A stretch of 64,000 nt of DNA, from contig CM068749.1 in assembly GCA_035084275.1 (NCBI GenBank), positions 15,934,001 through 15,998,000 of the forward strand. Reading direction: 5' to 3'. Each line of letters starts with the position of its first letter. The first letter of the stretch is position 1. The position numbers and the translations under genes were made by a program. Shown here piece after piece: positions 50,591 through 64,000 of the stretch. This DNA is from Hydrolagus colliei (taxonomy: Eukaryota). Under the pieces are notes generated by a model. The model ran no database searches and was not told where the DNA came from. It saw only the letters and a list, made by a program, of their open reading frames with translations.

Positions 50591-50969
50591 GGATAAATTA
50601 TAAAATACAATTACTGCTGTGGAAACTCAAATTCAAATGCTTACTATCCATTTCTGGAAAACAACAACAACAAAATTACATTTATAGAACAGCTTTTCTC
50701 GTCGGTAGCAAAGGAAAGAAAACACAAGTATTCAAATTGTTTCTACCACTACCATTGTCTAATGAGGCCACCGTTATTCAACTCTTGCCCAAGCCTCTAC
50801 CCAATTGCTGCCAATGAATACACCATGTCCTTGTTATACTGTGGCATTATAAAGTGGGGTGAGTCACAGGGAATGCAGCACACAGTGCACGGATAGGAGC
50901 CGACATCTGCTAGCCTTGTAGTGTTTGTAAATGACAGCCTGATAAATAATGATGGTGGGAGGGATGGAT

Positions 50970-51200
50970 TTGCAGGATCACATGAGTTTGATCCCTGGTT
51001 TGTGCTGAATTTGCTGATCTCAGTGAGGGAAGGACTTGGCCTTGGTGTCCCCCAGCAGGGGGTAAAAATATCAACCGAAGTTCCCGCTACTGATCAGTCT
51101 AGTAAGCCGTGCTAGCAAGTCCGTGTATATAAAAGTTGATTTGAGCTCAATTCATCATACCCCATCCCCTTTGGTCAAATAGCTGCCAACATTCAATACC
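50970..51200 (+). mobile_element. Ancient tRNA-SINE (AmnSINE2-like) copy
   Basis: gagtttgatccctggtttgtgctgaatttgctgatctcag...ttggccttggtgtcccc...aaaatatcaaccgaagttcccgctactgatc...ggtcaaatagctgccaacattc. Confidence 0.6.
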
Positions 51201-51496
51201 CAGGGTTCCCAGTCAACCACACAGGTGACATACTGAAAAAGACCCAGAGAACTGCCATCTCCTCCAGATGAGAACGTGGATGGTGGAGAGGATGGAGGAG
51301 AAGCTAGACTGAATCAATTTAATAAAAATAATCAAACAAAACCTGCAATTGTCCTCTTTATAAGAAAATGCCACTGCTGGTGCAATATCATCAGAAAGGA
51401 AAAATTGCAAAAATTCAACCCAGAAACACACTATTGCAGGAGCCATTCTATGAAAGACCTTCAGCAAGAGCTGAATTGTGCTTCTTTTCCACATTA

Positions 51497-51622
51497 ATGA
51501 TAATAATAATCCTTTCATTTGCTATAGTACCTTATCGCGTCGTTGAGACGTCTCAAAGCACTTCACAGAATATATTGTAAAGTGAATTGACTGTATTTTG
51601 TGGGCTAAACATTCAGCAGCTT
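51497..51622 (-). mobile_element. SINE 3' half
   Basis: taataataatcc...gagacgtctcaaagcacttcacagaatatattgtaaagtgaattgactgtattttgtggg. Confidence 0.85.
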
Positions 51623-54600
51623 GAGTGATTTTTATCATAAAATAGAAAACTTTCTTGACTTGTAGGCAGGCATTTGCTGAAGTCCATTTATGGGAGACCT
51701 GGACTGCTTTGAATGAATATGTAAAATGTAATCTTGTACAAGGAGCTGCCAATGATACCAGTAATCTGTTTTACTGCTTTTTTAAAAAAAAGCAGAATAA
51801 CCTATAAAAATGTTAATTGAGGATTTAAACTTCATTGCAAATCCATGGCGGGAGCGGTGTATGGAAGTGGACATATGGTCAGAGATAAAGGTGACAGAGC
51901 AGTGATTATTCACACCAACATTATGTGGCCAATGCCAAATGTGCATTGGGAGATAAGCATAAACCCTTGGTGGCAAGAATTCAATGGAGGCCAGAAGACA
52001 AGTTTTCACTGTGAAGTGCTGCTCATCACCTAGCAATTAGCACCTCATCATCTTAGGCTTTGTGACATCCAGCTGGCTGAAGGTGGCACCTACTACTTTA
52101 ACATGGCTTTTCACATTGGTTGAGGGTGGGGGAGGGGGAAAGAGAGAAGGGAGGAACCATTGGGAGATGCGCAATTTCTTTTTAATGTGCAGCTGGTGTT
52201 AACACTTAAATTTTACATTTTGAAAAGCGTTGACTAAATAAGAGTGCTAAGAGTTTCCTTTGCCGGATTGCGCTTATGAATTTTGCAACCACAAATCAAA
52301 CTTTCTAACAATAAGTATTTCAGCACTGGTGACCAAATAATACTAACACAATAATTTCCCATGATGTCAAAATACCCACAACACCTGTTGAGAAGACTTA
52401 AACATTCTTGCAGATAGATATATATATTTTAATTGTCTCGACTAAATAATATTTTATGACCTTCCAGGGTCATAGCTCACCGAATAGCTTGTAACCTACA
52501 AATATGCAGTCACTACACTTGGCAGCAACTCCCCATGAAGTGCTTTGTGTCTTTCAATGTTATTGGAGCTATTTCAAAGCAAGGATTAATCATTCAAAGA
52601 GAACCAGTCCCATAGATTTTAGTTCAATTTAACCCTTTAAGCACCACAGTGCAAGCTGGCTTGTTTGCAGCTTATTGTAAGATGGTAAGAAATGCTCAAA
52701 ATAGAAACAAAAATACCAAAATGCACTGGAAATTATAATTATAATAATTCATAGTCAATTGAGCCACAATTGGAAATAAAAAATCCTTGTTTGATCGTTT
52801 GGTTTCAAACGTTAGATACATAATGAAAGGCCCATAATGATTTTGTCCCCCACTTTCTTTTTCCAATACAGATTGAGATGCCGTGGATTTTAGTTCTGTG
52901 TTTTTACTTCTTGTAAATTATTTTGTGTTGCCAATTTTATAATTTCAGTTTCTTTCATTTTAACTGGATGGGAAAAAAAGCGCACAGAATTCATGGAGAA
53001 AATTCTAGAAGTGTTCCTTTAGAAACCGAGGGATATGATCCCCCCCACCACCCTCCACAGCAACCATACACACGTACATAAATGATTTATACCATTGTGC
53101 AGGCAACAGCATGAAACAGCACCAGGATTGTATGAAAATGTACTAGCCTTGGGCAATTTGGATTTCTGGTGTATTTTATGTACACTATACTGAACAGTGT
53201 TAAGATTTATCCCTTGTTGCGGCAATAAAACACACACAGCAATAATTTGAAAAATTATTCGGAGAGCTTGGTTTGAGGCCCACATTTCTTTTTCCTCCCT
53301 CACCTTTTCCTCACAGTAACTGAATATCTGGTTAACTTTAAACACATCAAGGAATAATAAAGATCACTGAAAGTGGTGTTAATAAATCCACATGACTAAG
53401 ATTTTCTTTCTTCATGCAAAAACTCTTTTCAATGACTTAACACTGAATACCATCTCAAAAATTACATTGAAGCTGAAATATTTCTCCTTAATTGTTAGCT
53501 TTTGTGTGGGTGTAAATGACTACTATACAACTGTAATTTTCATGCAATAACTTGTTGATTAAATGAATGATTTTGAAACATTTTGTGCCATTTTACGTAA
53601 TGCCTTGGCAAATGTTAAGATTTTTATTTGCCTGTAAGTGGGTTAAATATCTTTCTGATCACATTACATCATTTGAAAATAGATATTAAAATGAGTTTGG
53701 TGAATTTGCATAATATACATCCATTCTTTGAATTTATGACTCAAATTTTTTAGCTAACAAGTAATTCTGAATCTTCTGGTCATTCAACCATCTCTGAAAC
53801 AAAGTAGAAAGCTTTGCTGTAATTTTTATCTTTCCCTCTGTCCTGTTCTGTTAATAGCTGACAATAACTTTATATATCTGACGTAACGCCACTAATCACC
53901 TTTTAGGCACTTTTCTTTCAGGGTTTTATCTGTAGCAGTGGTCATCTGCTTCAGTTGGAATAGGGTGGAGCCAGAAGTGATAGGCAAAGGCTTCTTATTA
54001 AAGGTCTCAGAGAAATGTCTCTTGAATGCTGGTGGGAACAGTGGGAGGTGGAGGAGTGGATGCTGTTTCAGGGCAGGGAGAGCACTTGGTCTGCTCAGCT
54101 GTGCTCTTCCACTGAGGTCATTGCTATTCATGTCTAAGCTTCACTATTGAGTCTGAACAGAGGCCCATATTATCAAAGGGAAATTAAAACCCCAGTCAAT
54201 AATGGCTGCCACTTTAGGTCTGGCGGAAAATAAAGTTTACAATTTGAAACTGGAGGCTTGAGGTTGATTGGTTGCCCTGCTCTGTCGGCACTGGTGTGAA
54301 TAACATGACCAGTGCCTGTAATCATGACATCGAAAAAAATACAGCCTCTGACGAAAGTTATTTATTCTCCATACCACACGATGATTCTGTTCTGTCTCCC
54401 AACTTCTATTGTTATGTGGCTACTTAACACCAGAGTGAATGGAAAATAGAGATTGCATTTCTTTGCTGATGAAAAGGTCTGCCGACGGTTTCAGTTTGTA
54501 AACGGGATAAATGAATTATGTAATTAAATCATTTTTCTGAGGCAGTGTTGTGTTGGTTAATATATCAGTAAATTCATGGTATTGCTGTAGAATAATGACA

Positions 54601-54755
54601 CTGACCCCAGGTAAATGTAATAACACTGAAACATATCATACCCTACGTTGCATTAATTCCACTTGATTAAAAGTTACAACATAAATTGGAGTATGATTTG
54701 GAGTCTGGAATCCATGGCACCTTATGCTTTTGCCAGGGAAACAGCTTTCTACTTT

Positions 54756-55192
54756 ACGACGACAAAATTACATTTGTACAGTGCCTTTCATGTCGGAAAG
54801 ACACCCCAAGGCGCTGGACAGTCAGTGTTTAAGACTCGAGCTGGGCTCAGGATCGGCGAGAGTGGAGGGAAAGGAGGTGATTTGGGCTGACCGATGGGAC
54901 TGTCGAAGAGGAGGGTCTTGACGCGGGACTTGAAGAAGGATTGGGGAGGGGGCAAGGTGGAGAGATTGCATAATTCCAGATGTTGGGAACAGAGTGGCTG
55001 AAGGCTTGCCCGCCGATAGTGGGGTGGGTTGGTCAGGGAACATGGAGCAGGCCGGAGCCCGCAGAGCAGATGGAGTGGGCAGGTTAGTAGGTGGTTAGGA
55101 GGTTGCAGAGGTAGGGTGGGGCAAGGCCATGGAGGACTTTAAATGTGAGGATATTTTAGTGATTCCTCTGGGTGATGAGAAGCCAATGGAGT
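54756..55192 (-). mobile_element. L2 LINE 3' end, same subfamily as 30195-30576
   Basis: Reverse complement carries the same tail (cagcgccttggggtgtctttccgacatgaaaggc), 3'UTR (cccagctcgagtc) and ttcaagtcccgcgtcaagaccctcctcttc. Confidence 0.9.
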
Positions 55193-55194
55193 CA

Positions 55195-55430
55195 TACTTG
55201 CATTTATATTGTGTGATTCACATAGGATAATGCCTCGAAGCTCTTCAGGTGGTGAACTCAGATGTCGATCAAGGGAGAAGCAGGAGGTGACTATCGACAG
55301 AGTTGAAGAAATAGGTTGTGGAATTTAAAGACGGGTAAAGAGTGAGGAAGGCAGAGGGATAGAGGCCGAGAGTTCCAGAGATTTGTGGGATAATGATTGA
55401 AGACTTGGCCCCAATGGTGGAGTTTAGTTG
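55195..55430 (-). mobile_element. Older L2 LINE 3' fragment
   Basis: cttgcatttatattg tail; gagagttccagag and ttggccccaatggtggag are the reverse of the LWNSL and STIGxxxF coding motifs. Confidence 0.6.
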
Positions 55431-56682
55431 GCTGCAAAGGCACAGCAAGGCAGACTGGGTGGCCCTTTGGACTACCTTTTAAGCTTCATCATGTTATTGA
55501 GCTGGTGACAAGGCCAAGTCTTTACCAACATTCAAAATTGAATTAATTGCTTTCTGTAAGCATAAGAGGAACTCTGCCCTTCCACTTAGTTGTTTGCCTG
55601 CTGAATTCTCTTCTGCTGGACTCTCTTCTGCTAGAGTTGAATACAGCTTTAGTGGGGAAATTAAACAGAAGACTTTGCTTTGCTACTGAAAACAATTTCA
55701 GGTTGATGGGGCATTAGAGGTAGTGTGGTCTCACAGGTAGAGGACTCAGTTTTGAACAGAACTGGAGAGGTCAACATTCAGTTGCCTGAGCTCAGGCTGA
55801 GCACACATCAACCTCATTATTATTATCATTACTAATGTCAGACTTGGTTTGGTATAGACATGGACTCGTGTTTAGGCTGAATGAACTTCTTCCACATTAT
55901 GTTGGCATCAGTTATTATCCAGGAGCTAACACACTGTGGGGGAAAAAAAGCTGTTGTTGAGAGTCTGATCAGTGACAACACTGAAATACTGAGTCAACTA
56001 GAGGAATTAAGATACCCGGTTATTACCATTAGTCTGGTGTTGAATCTATGCAGCAGTAGGTAAATATTTGGTGTCAAACTGCTGGTATAATCGTAGCATG
56101 ATTAAAAAAAAAAAGCTAGGTCACCTCGCTGCAGGGAAAATATTAGTTTGGATATTTATCAACAGTTGGGGTGCAAACAATCTGCCACCGTTGAAATGTT
56201 CCTTCAAATTGTTAGGTCAATTCTTCAAATCTCCCAACGAGGGCAAAAGTAGCCAGTGATATCATGGTGTACAGCGATGATTACAAAGCAAGTGAGCCTC
56301 ATGGCAGATTGAAATTACAGATCTGCATCGAGTGGAAGCAGTTCTGTGATATACTGGTTTGCCGGTGCTGTAGAGATCAGAAGAAAAGCAAGAATGACAA
56401 AATGTCATTTGACCCACTAGAGCTCATCGGTTTACTGTATTAACATCCCCAGCACGGCATGAAGCCGCATGTTGAATAACCCGATAGTTTGCTTATCTTA
56501 TCTTGCTTGGTAGATTCCTCTGAAACATACATCGCTCTTTACTCGTCCTTGTCTCATTGCAGGCAGATATGCACAGCACCTGCAGTGACAACTATACGTG
56601 CACATGAATGCACCTGAGCAGCTGTTTGCCAGTCGTGCGTCCAAGCTTTCATAGTGATGGAGAAAGGTTCATAAGCACTGCA

Positions 56683-56885
56683 GCAACAACTTGCGTTTAT
56701 ATAGCGTCCCTCACACAGGGTAGCATCTCAGAGGGCTTGCCAGTGGCACAACTCCGAGCCCGGGGAAGGTGACCATAGGCACGGTTGAATAGTAAGGTCT
56801 TCAGGCTCGACTTGAAAATGGGGAAGGAAGGGGCGAGGCAGAGGGTTAGAGGAAGAGTATTTGAGAGTTTTGGGGTGTAGTGCTT
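56683..56885 (-). mobile_element. L2 LINE 3' end
   Basis: Minus ORF reads TPKLSNTLPLTLCLAPSFPIFKSSLKTLLFNRAY; tail tatataaacgcaagttgttg. Confidence 0.85.
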
Positions 56886-59800
56886 GTACAGGTGGATGGG
56901 GCTCATAGCCCGCCTAAACATGTGCAGAGAGGTGTCCTGGATTGTGTAACTAACCACCAATGGAAAGGATGACCTATAAACCATTTTCATTATTTCCTAA
57001 CTCCATAAACGAACGAATGGTAGCTATTCCATCTGTGCACTTGCATTTGCACACGGTGTACATTGCTCGCAAATTTAACCCCATTATAGAAACCCACTTC
57101 CTCAAAATGGCCATCTACCATAAGAAATGCAGTAAATGTCTTTCAATGTTTCTTCTCCTGACTCCTTCTGGACAGATGGTAGTTAGCCCTTTAAGATCAG
57201 AACTAATGCACAACTACTAGGTTGTGGCGTTATTTCGGTTGAAATTTGAAAAGCTACTCATGCAAGTCTTAACCAGATCATTTGTGTCATTTACCGCATA
57301 ATGGCAGCTCTTCACTTAGGAGTGGGTTTTATGAGGAACCATCAATTAATAATATAAAAGTCATTGGAGGACTGGAGGAAGAGAGAAGCACGTAGTTATG
57401 TATTTGTCAATTGTCACCTCATTCCTTTTCTTAAGGTCTGGAGCATGTGTATCTAATTTATTATTCCTTTACTGCTGAATTTGTATGAAAGACCTGAAGA
57501 AAAGGCAGATGGATGGTGAGATGTAAGTGCTAAATCTCTCAGATTGCTTTCCACACAGTGGAATAAAGATTTAATGAAAGTTAGTCATCACAAATGATGT
57601 CATTAGCATATTCCCAATAAGAGAGATTACATATAAATTCCCAGAGAAAATGCAATGAATGACTACCTTAGGATTTGTGTGAAACTAACATTCAGCAATT
57701 TTTCTCCACCCTTCCTGAACAAAAACAGAGCATTTTACAGACTGTGGGAAAGGGGTCTTTGGGTGCATTATCCTATAGGTGTCTTTATTTTGTTTTAGCG
57801 GGAATGTTGAGGTTTAAATGTTAAGATACCCTGGATTTTGCAAACTTATGTTGTTGGAGCAAAGGATGAGTGGTTTAAAGTGACAAACTCTACAGATGGC
57901 ATTATTGATTTGAGCCAGTGGGTGGCAGATGGTCAAGCAAAGTCTCCGAGGATAACAGCCACAATTTTCTTTTATTATAATTTTGATGGGGAGAAATAAT
58001 CAGTCGCATTCTTCTCCAATAACAGAGGCTTCTCTTTTTTCCAAGGGAAAAAACCCCCCACAGAGCTGAAGCATCCTGTTTATCTGGAAATTTCCCATGA
58101 CTTGATTTACAAATGTTAAGATTCCTTTTGGTCTTCTTTATTCTTAGTAAAATGGTAGAAATCATTAATTACATTTTCTGTCACAGACAAAGACACTTGT
58201 CATTGTCCTGATGTCTTGGCAATTTAATAGTATGTATTCACCTAGTTCCCACCTATTCTGTGAAAACTGAATAGAATTGCATTGCTCACTGTGACTACAA
58301 AGAGCCTCAATTCCCACACTAGAGATTGCACATATCTTGCGAGGGCAACAACTGAATATTTTGAGAAAGGGAAATATTATGAATATGTATAGAATGTGAT
58401 TGCATCTTTCATCTTAATCAGAATACACCGAGAGCTTGCATTGTGAGCCAAGCTGAAGGGCTGCTCTGCTCTGCATTCTGAATCTGCACAGCACTGCTTC
58501 AGATCGCTTTCCAAGACGCCACTTTGTCAGTGCAGGCAAGAAAAGTGTTATTAAACAGACATCACAATTTCATAAATTAAAATGGCAGTTTGGAGGCTGA
58601 CTGAGCTGAAAAAGAAGTCTTTGAATGGAGTTTAGCCAAATTCTTTCCTGAACAGGGCTCGAGAATTTGAAATGTTCAGGTACGTGTGTGTGGCACTGAC
58701 ATGGTAATTACTAAAAGCTGTAATGTGTTATGTCTTGTCAAACCAGCATAGGGAATATCTGTGATATTATAATTGACATCACCGGTGTGTTTAGTGGTTA
58801 AAGAAAAAGGTCTATGTCTTAAAATCTTAAATCTAATTGTTATTAACAACGAAGGAATAAATTACTCTGGATCCTGTCTAAGAGGCTCACTTTGCTGGAA
58901 TACAGAAAGCACACTACCAGCAAGGGATGTATATGTTATCGAGTGTTTTTTTTGTTGCGTGGTTTCTCTTTTAGACAGGGAGCCATAAGCCATGCATATT
59001 GCATGAGAGGTTGTAGCAAAGAGAAAGCATCATAGTGAAAGCCTTAGCTTTTAGCTGCTTATTCATTATCCATAAAGAAATGTGACTAATTGTAGATTAA
59101 TGGTAAATAAATGAAATATTTCATAGAATCCTCACATAAACTCTGCAAATAGAAAAGGCTTTAACCTTTTTACCTCTGCTAATAGCAAAGGCTTTACCCT
59201 TTTGAGTCAAATTAAGTGAATTCTTCTGTGTTTGTTCCAAACATAGAAATTAATTGTTATTAGCTTAAAGATATGGTTCACAAATGGCCAGTGACCTGTG
59301 TATAAACATATACTTAACACAGCATAACCTGGGGTCCACATTGATTTTTAATTAAATCTCAAAGTAGCTTAAATCATTTTACTTCCATATTTAATACACT
59401 CGTACTTTTCCATTATTTGTACCGAATCGACAACACGTATGAAATAGCCTTTAGCTGGATAAATTTCAATGGGGCCAATTACATGACGATGTCAATGTTG
59501 CCTAATTAGTAGTTTTGCAATGATTTTTGCCTGGTAATCTCGTGTGTCTACTAAATGAACCTACACACCTGTGCATTTCACTCGCGTTGTGAGTTTTGTT
59601 CAAAAGCAGAAGAGCAAGAGTCATTGTAAATAGATAATGTCATACATTTTGGCTTATGTTCTCATTCTGTTTGTTTGTGGGTGTGTGTAATATTGTAAAA
59701 TATTGATTAATTCTGAGTGGTGACCTACCTTCTCAAATTTCTCAAACTCAGGTAAAGGAATAAAACTGAAGATTGTGTCATCCACCTCAACTCAAAATAA

Positions 59801-60344
59801 GGCATTATAGAGTTAAATAAATTCGGAACCTTTAAAAGTCAGTAACAGATTATAAACTGTGTCATTCACAAATGGCACTTTCAGCCACCTTGTTCTGGCA
59901 CCAGGCTTTGATGCAATATTTATTTAATATTACTGTACCCATTTTTCTAGTTCTACTGCCAAGTCAATGAATACTTCATCCTTTGACACAGGAAGGTTTT
60001 GCAAACTAAAATTCATCTGTACTGCTGGAAGCATAGCAAAATCAATTTCAGCGTAGAATAACATGGAGCGGGAAACCCTATTCATACTCTTTGCATTGTT
60101 CAGTGAGGTTAAGCACTTTTTGTAGTTTGATGAATATGCATAACTCTGAAATGGAGAGTTTGTTTTTAAAACAGCTTCAGGCAGGAGTAGAATATTCGTA
60201 TATCATGTCCACCCATTTGACTGCCCCAAATATTCCTTTGTCATATCTGTTTCCTCGCTAAATGTATCTGAATCCTTTCATTTCCCAGAACTTCTTCAGT
60301 TCCTTTTGAAAACCTTTTAGATTCTAAAGTTGAAAAGGAGACAA

Positions 60345-60885
60345 TTAGAACCATGGAAATCTACGGCACAGAAGATCATTCTGTCAGTCATGTCTGTGCC
60401 AGCTCTCTTCAAGAGTAATCCTTTCAGTCCCATTTACCCGCCCTTTCCCAGTACCCTTGTAGCTGACTCTTTTTAAGCTATCTGTCTAATTCCCTCTTGA
60501 AGGCCAATATGGATTTTGCTTCAACTGATCACTCCTGACAGGGCATTCCATATCCTAACTCCTCTGTGGGTGAAAAGAATTCTCCTAACCGCCCCATTTG
60601 CTCAATTGCCAACAATTTAATTTGATGCCGTAAGGTTACTGACTCACCAATCAGTGGAAATAGTTTCTTCTGATTTACTCTATCAAAACACCTCATAATT
60701 TTAAGGACTCATTAAAAGATCCTGGGTACCGATCAACCTGCTTTGTTCCAATGGGAAAAAAAAGAATTCCTCCAATTCTCACTCATCCACAGTACCGTCA
60801 GTTAATCTTCTCTGACATCTAAAGCAGGATGACCAATACTGGACACAATATTCTATCTGCAGTCTGACTAATGATTTATATAAGC
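60345..60885 (-). mobile_element. CR1 LINE 3' portion
   Basis: Minus strand reads LYKSLVRLQIEYCVQYWSS (LYKSLVRPHLEYCVQFWSP motif) and FTHRGVRIWNAL (FFTQRVVxxWNxLP), followed by a CR1-type 3'UTR. Confidence 0.9.
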
Positions 60886-63124
60886 AATTTATACACTGCT
60901 TAACACTATCCATTCAACCAAGCATAGATCTTTGGGGAATAGTATAGGGCTTCATTCACACTTACATTGCAGTGATGTGAATCCAAGTGCTATCAAAACC
61001 ACCTCTTCAAACTGATCTTGGCACGGCTGAAACCAGATTTGTACTTTTTTTCGGCAAATTACCATTTGCCATGAAAAGTGCAATTATTTATACAGGGTAA
61101 GTGTTAGAACAAAGAAAATTAAACTGCAGTTCGGCTCCAAGAAATATAGTTAGTTCCCAATTTTCTGTCAATGACACCTTTAATTGAATAATATTTTTGT
61201 ACCAGTGGAAGTTTATCCATAAATTTCAATACGTACACCAAACAAAGTTTGTGGATCTCAACAATATAGTTCTGAAGTTGTGCATGAGTTGCATTGTAAA
61301 TTATATTTTAAATCCTTTCTACACTTGTTTCTGTACTATTTCATCAGGGTGAAAAATTGTTTTGCCATCAGATTACAAAATTGGCAAGAGCACCAGATAT
61401 CTTCAGTCTCTTGGAGATTATGTTTTCATTAATTTGTTCTCTGCTACATCTTGTATTTGATTTATGGGATAGAAATCCCTATGATCGTGTGTACATGGGA
61501 AGTTGGGTCCATTTGGGATCAATTTGACCCAAATTAGCTTGCTCCTGTTCTGATGTTCTTTCTTGTTCAAAACGGCTGAAGCCAGGTGTTATAAGGGAAG
61601 ATGTTAATTTAGATCAATGACTAAATACATAGACAAACGCCACCAGTTACATGGAAATGAGGAGCAGCCAGTGCCCGATGCTGGAGGAAAGCTAACAATA
61701 GATAAACGTATTAATATGGACATTATGCTCGTACATGTACCTTGTTCTGTACATGTAACTTGTTCAGAGAGAATTAACGTGGAACATTGTGGAATGAGAC
61801 TTTATGTAACTACAGTCGCTGGAACTAGAAAGCACCTTTATTTGATTGTACCATTTAACTGCAGTTTGCCATTTACAAACTGAAGGAGTGGAACTTTGTT
61901 TGAATATTGTTATATTTTTTGGACTTATACAGTATTGGATTTTTTTTCTCTCTCTGGATGTCGTCATTGCCCCTTGGGATGCCTTGCATTGGTATTTAAA
62001 AGGGAAGTCCCTTTACAATGCATTGGGAGGTGACCTCTGACAGTACATTCACCTGTTACTGCATTTTATGACTTCAGTTGCGGTGCAACACAGCTGAACA
62101 GTATGGAATAAATCACAGCTCCCAGGAACTAGGATTCGTGCGCACTTGAGCGTATTTTCCTATTTGTTGGGTCTCAGCAAGTAAGCACACATCTTTTAGG
62201 AAGATTTACAGCAGGTATTTTAATTTAAACTGCTGCATATATTTTGGACCTTCACTACATATTGTCCTATGTTGATACACACACACACACAAATACAACC
62301 TGGACAACATTAAGCTATTTGGTAAAGTCTTGGTCATCTTTACACTGCAGACAATAGTTGACATAACTTCACTGCAACGATGAATGTCAACATTGATGTA
62401 CGTTCAGCCGCCACGTACTATCCTCTGCTGTTGGCATTAGGTTATTTCTGTTGAGCCGTGTGTCTGTGTCTTGACACATGCAGGAACCTTTGCTTACAAG
62501 TATTCCAACCAAACAGAGAGTTCCAGGCGTCCCACCTAAACATGGAAATTCCAGAAATGTTTATTGGAATGGTATGTGCACCCTCTCCTTTTGCATTAGT
62601 TTAGCACCCAGAATGGCAGAGCACCACTAACAAAGGTATAATGTAATTGGGGGCATTTAGGCAGTATGCGTGATGTGTTCTTTTCATTCATGTTACTTAA
62701 ATAGCAAAATCTTTGTATTGCAGCTCTTTGTTTCCTCTAATTGAGGGAGATTTTCGGATTAAATCAATTACTAGAATAGCCAGTGTTTACACTTGAACTT
62801 TGCATTCGGTTGAAATTTGCCCACTGGACAGAGTCTGCAGCAGTGCAGGTTGTGAAGTGCATCCCAGCGCAAGTGATGTGTGAGATAATGAAATTATTTT
62901 GATGCTGAGGATGTCAACACTGTTTCTAATGTAGTGAATTGTCTTGTATGATCAATTAAGGAAAATTTATGAGAAGGCTGCAGCAAACCACGTGTGGTTG
63001 TTTGCCATCATGGTGATGATAATGGACAGATTCTTTTTACTTAGACATTTCTGGTTCCTCAGCCTAATCTAACTGACAGTGGTTGCGTGGAACCATGCAA
63101 TGGTTTGGGATGATTCAGCGAATA

Positions 63125-63195
63125 CAACAAAATACAACAACAAAATTATACTTGTATAGCGCCTCTCATGTCGAGAGGACGTCCCAAGGCATTAG
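63125..63195 (-). mobile_element. L2-type 3' tail
   Basis: caacaacaaaattatacttgtatagcgcctctcatgtcgagaggacgtcccaaggc. Confidence 0.8.
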
Positions 63196-64000
63196 ATTAC
63201 CAGCAGGATTTAAAGGGATACAATTTTCCCAATCTGGTTTGGAAAACCATTTTTATTTTTGATTAAGTGTCGGTGTTAAATGATATTAATTGGTTTTGAA
63301 TAGACCGTTGAGTACACTCGTGTGCCATCAGAAGGCCTTTATCTGGCACAAAAATATTATAGTTTCCATTAACAAATGAAACCTTCTGAAAAAATAGTTT
63401 TGTGATTGCAACTACCGAAATAACAGACGACTTTTGCTTTCCTGGTTCTTCAGTTGCAATGACCGTTATTTCAGTTGCAATGATCTAGAAAATAAGGTTT
63501 AAAACAGGCCTAATGTATCTTGTGTCTTTACAACACTTACTCTAGCCCAACATCTATTCATTCTGGAGACTGAGATTCAGTGAGATTCAGGTAAGTAAGC
63601 ACCAGGAAATCCAGCTACTTTTCCTTACGAGGTGTCTGCCTCTGCAATATGTCACATAAAAGGCAGATGATGTATTCAATTTCTCCTGTGTTAGCCCAGG
63701 GAAATAAAGTATTAGATACATGAGTATTTGCCAAGAAGTAAGGTTCTCTAAAGGCGTGCTTGAGAAGTGTGGCAATAAGTGTGTCTATGGAAAACTCCTT
63801 CCTCAACAAGTGCCTGTGGTTTAAATCATAAACAGATTTTCATAGTTAGTGCCAATATAAATTCAACATTCTTCAGACCTCACCAATGGAATATTTGGAC
63901 TAAAATAACAATAACGAAAGATAAATTAGAGCTCGTGAAAATTTGTTAAGAGTTCAGTGCTGTTTCATCATTCAAGAAGATTTCATTAAATAAGTTGTAT

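Noticed and set aside
52629-52650. piggyBac-like end TTAACCCTTTAAGCAC
   Set aside because: No matching opposite terminus found nearby
61503-61532. Short imperfect palindrome ttgggtccatttg/caatttgacccaa
   Set aside because: Only 13-bp arms with two mismatches and no convincing element boundaries

Overview
This is vertebrate non-coding genomic DNA, not a prokaryotic window. The repeat content points to a cartilaginous fish, probably a holocephalan such as elephant shark (inference): L2/CR1 LINE 3' relics, Deu-domain SINEs and (TTG)n/(TTA)n-tailed retroposon ends. I could not identify any protein-coding gene. The ORF track is explained by chance ORFs, low-complexity sequence, the N gap and LINE ORF2 relics. 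The most likely architecture is a CpG-rich promoter region at about 2.95-5.35 kb, possibly bidirectional, followed by a very long intronic or intergenic region. That region holds a few candidate short exons, many decayed retroposons, three TA-flanked Tc1/mariner-type MITEs (one nested in a SINE, one spanning a 347-nt gap), a 23-bp C-rich minisatellite, a diverged ~145-bp direct duplication and a near-perfect 71-nt hairpin. I found no convincing novel biological system. Repeat boundaries are approximate, and family names come from recalled consensus sequences rather than a database search.
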